A program made the position numbers and the translations under genes. The notes under the pieces were generated by a model, which saw only the letters and a list, made by a program, of their open reading frames with translations, made no database searches and was not told where the DNA came from. Source: an uncultured Methanomassiliicoccales archaeon (GTDB taxonomy: Archaea > Thermoplasmatota > Thermoplasmata > Methanomassiliicoccales > UBA472). Taken from it: 64,000 bases of DNA. The stretch is from assembly GCA_963695345.1 (NCBI GenBank), contig OY968769.1, positions 256,001 to 320,000 of the forward strand, given 5' to 3'. Positions 62,259-64,000 of this stretch are shown in pieces. The stretch's first letter is position 1. The number at the start of each line of letters is the position of its first letter.

Positions 62259-63451
62259 ATGGTTGGAGAGAACTTAGAAGCACTGAAGAGGCGGGAAATG
62301 CTCCGGTCGGTCATCGACAAGAAGCAGATCTCCGAGCTCATAAACACGAAGTTCGAGACGATCACACCGGAGACATGCGCTCTCCGACGCGGTGGCGAAG
62401 ATGCGGGCCAGCGACCTGTACGAGATACCGGTCGTCGACAAGAAGAAGCTCGTCGGCGTACTGAGCTTCGGCTCGATGGTCAAGAAGAGGGCCATGGTCG
62501 CCGGCATGAAGGTCAAGGGAATGATGGACATCCCGCCCGAGCATAACGGCGGAGACGACCATCACCGAGGCCGCCGAGCAGTTCATCGCCACCAACTACC
62601 GTAACATGCCAGTGGTGCAAGGGATCCAGCCTGATCGGCATGCTGTCCAGGGCCGATGTGATCAAGATCGTCCAGGGCATCAAGGAGTTCAAGGACATGA
62701 AGGCCTCGGACATCATGACCTACGACATCACCGCGGTGGAGATGAAGGAGCCGATCCGGAACGCGCTGGAGATGATGAGGCGCATCGACGTCCGCACCAT
62801 TCCGGTGGTTGACGAGAAGTTCAAGCTGGCCGGCATAATCGGTATCCGCGACATCGTCAACTACTCCTGGACCGGCGGCAAGACGGCCAAGGAGACCCGG
62901 GGAGAGAGGGTCGGCAAGCCGCAGACCCGGTGGAGATCCAGGTGGAGTCGATCATGCACCCGGCGGTCACCACGATCAAGCAGGGGACGACCGTGAACGA
63001 AGCGGTCAAGCTGATGCTGGAGAAGAACATCTCCACCCTCCCGGTGGTCGAGAAGGACGTCATCAAGGGCGTTCTGACAGCGTATGATATCCTGGAGCTG
63101 ATGGCCTCGGTCAAGGAGAGGGATGTCGTCTACATGCAGATCTCCGGACTGGAAGAGGAGGACCGCTTCAACCTGGACCAGATGGAAAGGGAGATCCAGA
63201 CGGAACTGGCCAAGATCGCCAAGATCCAGAAGCCGATGCTGTTCAACATGCACGTGCAGAAGTACAACGCCACCGGCAACACGGCCAAGTACTCGCTGAC
63301 CGCGCGCATGCACACGGCGCAGAAGACCTACATCGCCAGCGGCGTCGACTGGTCCCTGATGGCCGCCACCGCCGACCTCATGAAGAGGTTCGACGAGCAG
63401 GTCACGGAGAACAAGGAAGCGAAGATCGAGAAGCGCAAGAAGATGCAGTGA
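62259..63451 (+). CDS. 4xCBS + C-terminal HPF/RaiA-like domain protein (putative ribosome hibernation factor); about 4 apparent frameshifts
   Basis: RBS GAGGTGA; partial ORFs at 62250, 62392, 62640 and 62930 tile four CBS motifs, followed by a ~100-aa beta-alpha-beta-beta-beta-alpha-like tail. Confidence 0.72.
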
Positions 63452-63816
63452 ACCGCGCTTCTTTCGAAACCTTTTCCCAAATCCATTATTTTGCCTGCCC
63501 GGAATTTGTCTGGAACGGTTTATAAACGGTTATTATTCTCCATTGCCTAAAATAAAGTCTTGGGGGATCCAGACTCGAGATGGTGTTCAAAATTCTGGTT
63601 TGAATGATGGTGCACTTTGACTTAGCGTCGGTCAGACCGTTCGCAGCAGCACCGCCTCGCGGCAACGCTGGAAGCGAGGTTGCGACATGGGCACATATTT
63701 CTTTCGGCAATCGACGAGATGGTACCTAATGATGTGGTCAACGTGTGCGTGGGAATAGGAAAAGAATAAACCAAGACGGCCATCAGAATCATCGACCGGC
63801 CCATCCTTTCTTCCGG

Positions 63817-63999
63817 TCACTCCGTGCGGATCGCTCCGGCATCGGATTCTGACATCCTGACCGCGCGGACCTCTATGCGGGCGCGGGGTCCATAACCAAA
63901 CTCCGGGCTGCCCTTGGCCAGCTCGATCGCCTCATCCATGTCCTCGGCGAGGATGTGGAAATAGCCCACCTGTACCTCTCCCTTCGGTCGCATGGGTCG
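63817..63999 (-). CDS. YciI family protein, C-terminal part (runs off window end)
   Basis: VGYFHILAEDMDEAIELAKGSP....RIEVRAV. Confidence 0.7.
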   Translation of the reverse strand, partial: RPMRPKGEVQVGYFHILAEDMDEAIELAKGSPEFGYGPRARIEVRAVRMSESDAGAIRTE

Positions 64000-64000
64000 G

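Noticed and set aside
7645-63451. Many frameshifts (ubiD, antiporter, gltX, feoB, dtxR, radical SAM, pyrD, thpR, ABC genes, CBS-HPF) as pseudogenes or programmed frameshifting
   Set aside because: They are single-base indels scattered through essential genes, with no accumulation of nonsense codons and no shared slippery motif. Uncorrected long-read error is the best explanation; short-read polishing would confirm it.
1-64000. CRISPR arrays, rRNA, IS elements or integrases
   Set aside because: No regularly spaced repeats, rRNA-like blocks or recombinase motifs were recognised.

Overview
A 64 kb chromosomal segment of an archaeon, most likely a Methanomassiliicoccales (Thermoplasmatota) methylotrophic methanogen. 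This is inferred from mtaC-mtaB-mtaC, archaeal GluRS and GlyRS, an intron-containing tRNA-Cys, class III signal-peptide pilins and TATA/GGAGGTG signals. Most genes are housekeeping, with a strong sulfur/Fe-S theme: cysS, cysE, cysK, tRNA-Cys, the MJ0100/MJ0099-type homocysteine pair, two iscS-iscU pairs, a SufS-type desulfurase, and dtxR-feoB. Many genes, including essential gltX and pyrD, are broken by single-base indels that look like long-read assembly errors; these were reassembled by eye. No CRISPR array, rRNA, integrase or transposase was seen. The leading observations are: (1) the two IscS/IscU pairs are reciprocally degenerate, pairing an intact IscS with a ligand-substituted IscU and a PLP-lysine-less IscS with an intact IscU-DUF59 fusion; (2) a 4xCBS + HPF-like putative ribosome hibernation factor follows an amidohydrolase-USP-CBS-glyS operon; (3) a candidate HEPN RNase sits next to tRNA-Cys; (4) there are structured leaders and shared motifs upstream of several genes. 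All calls come from motif recognition, not database searches.
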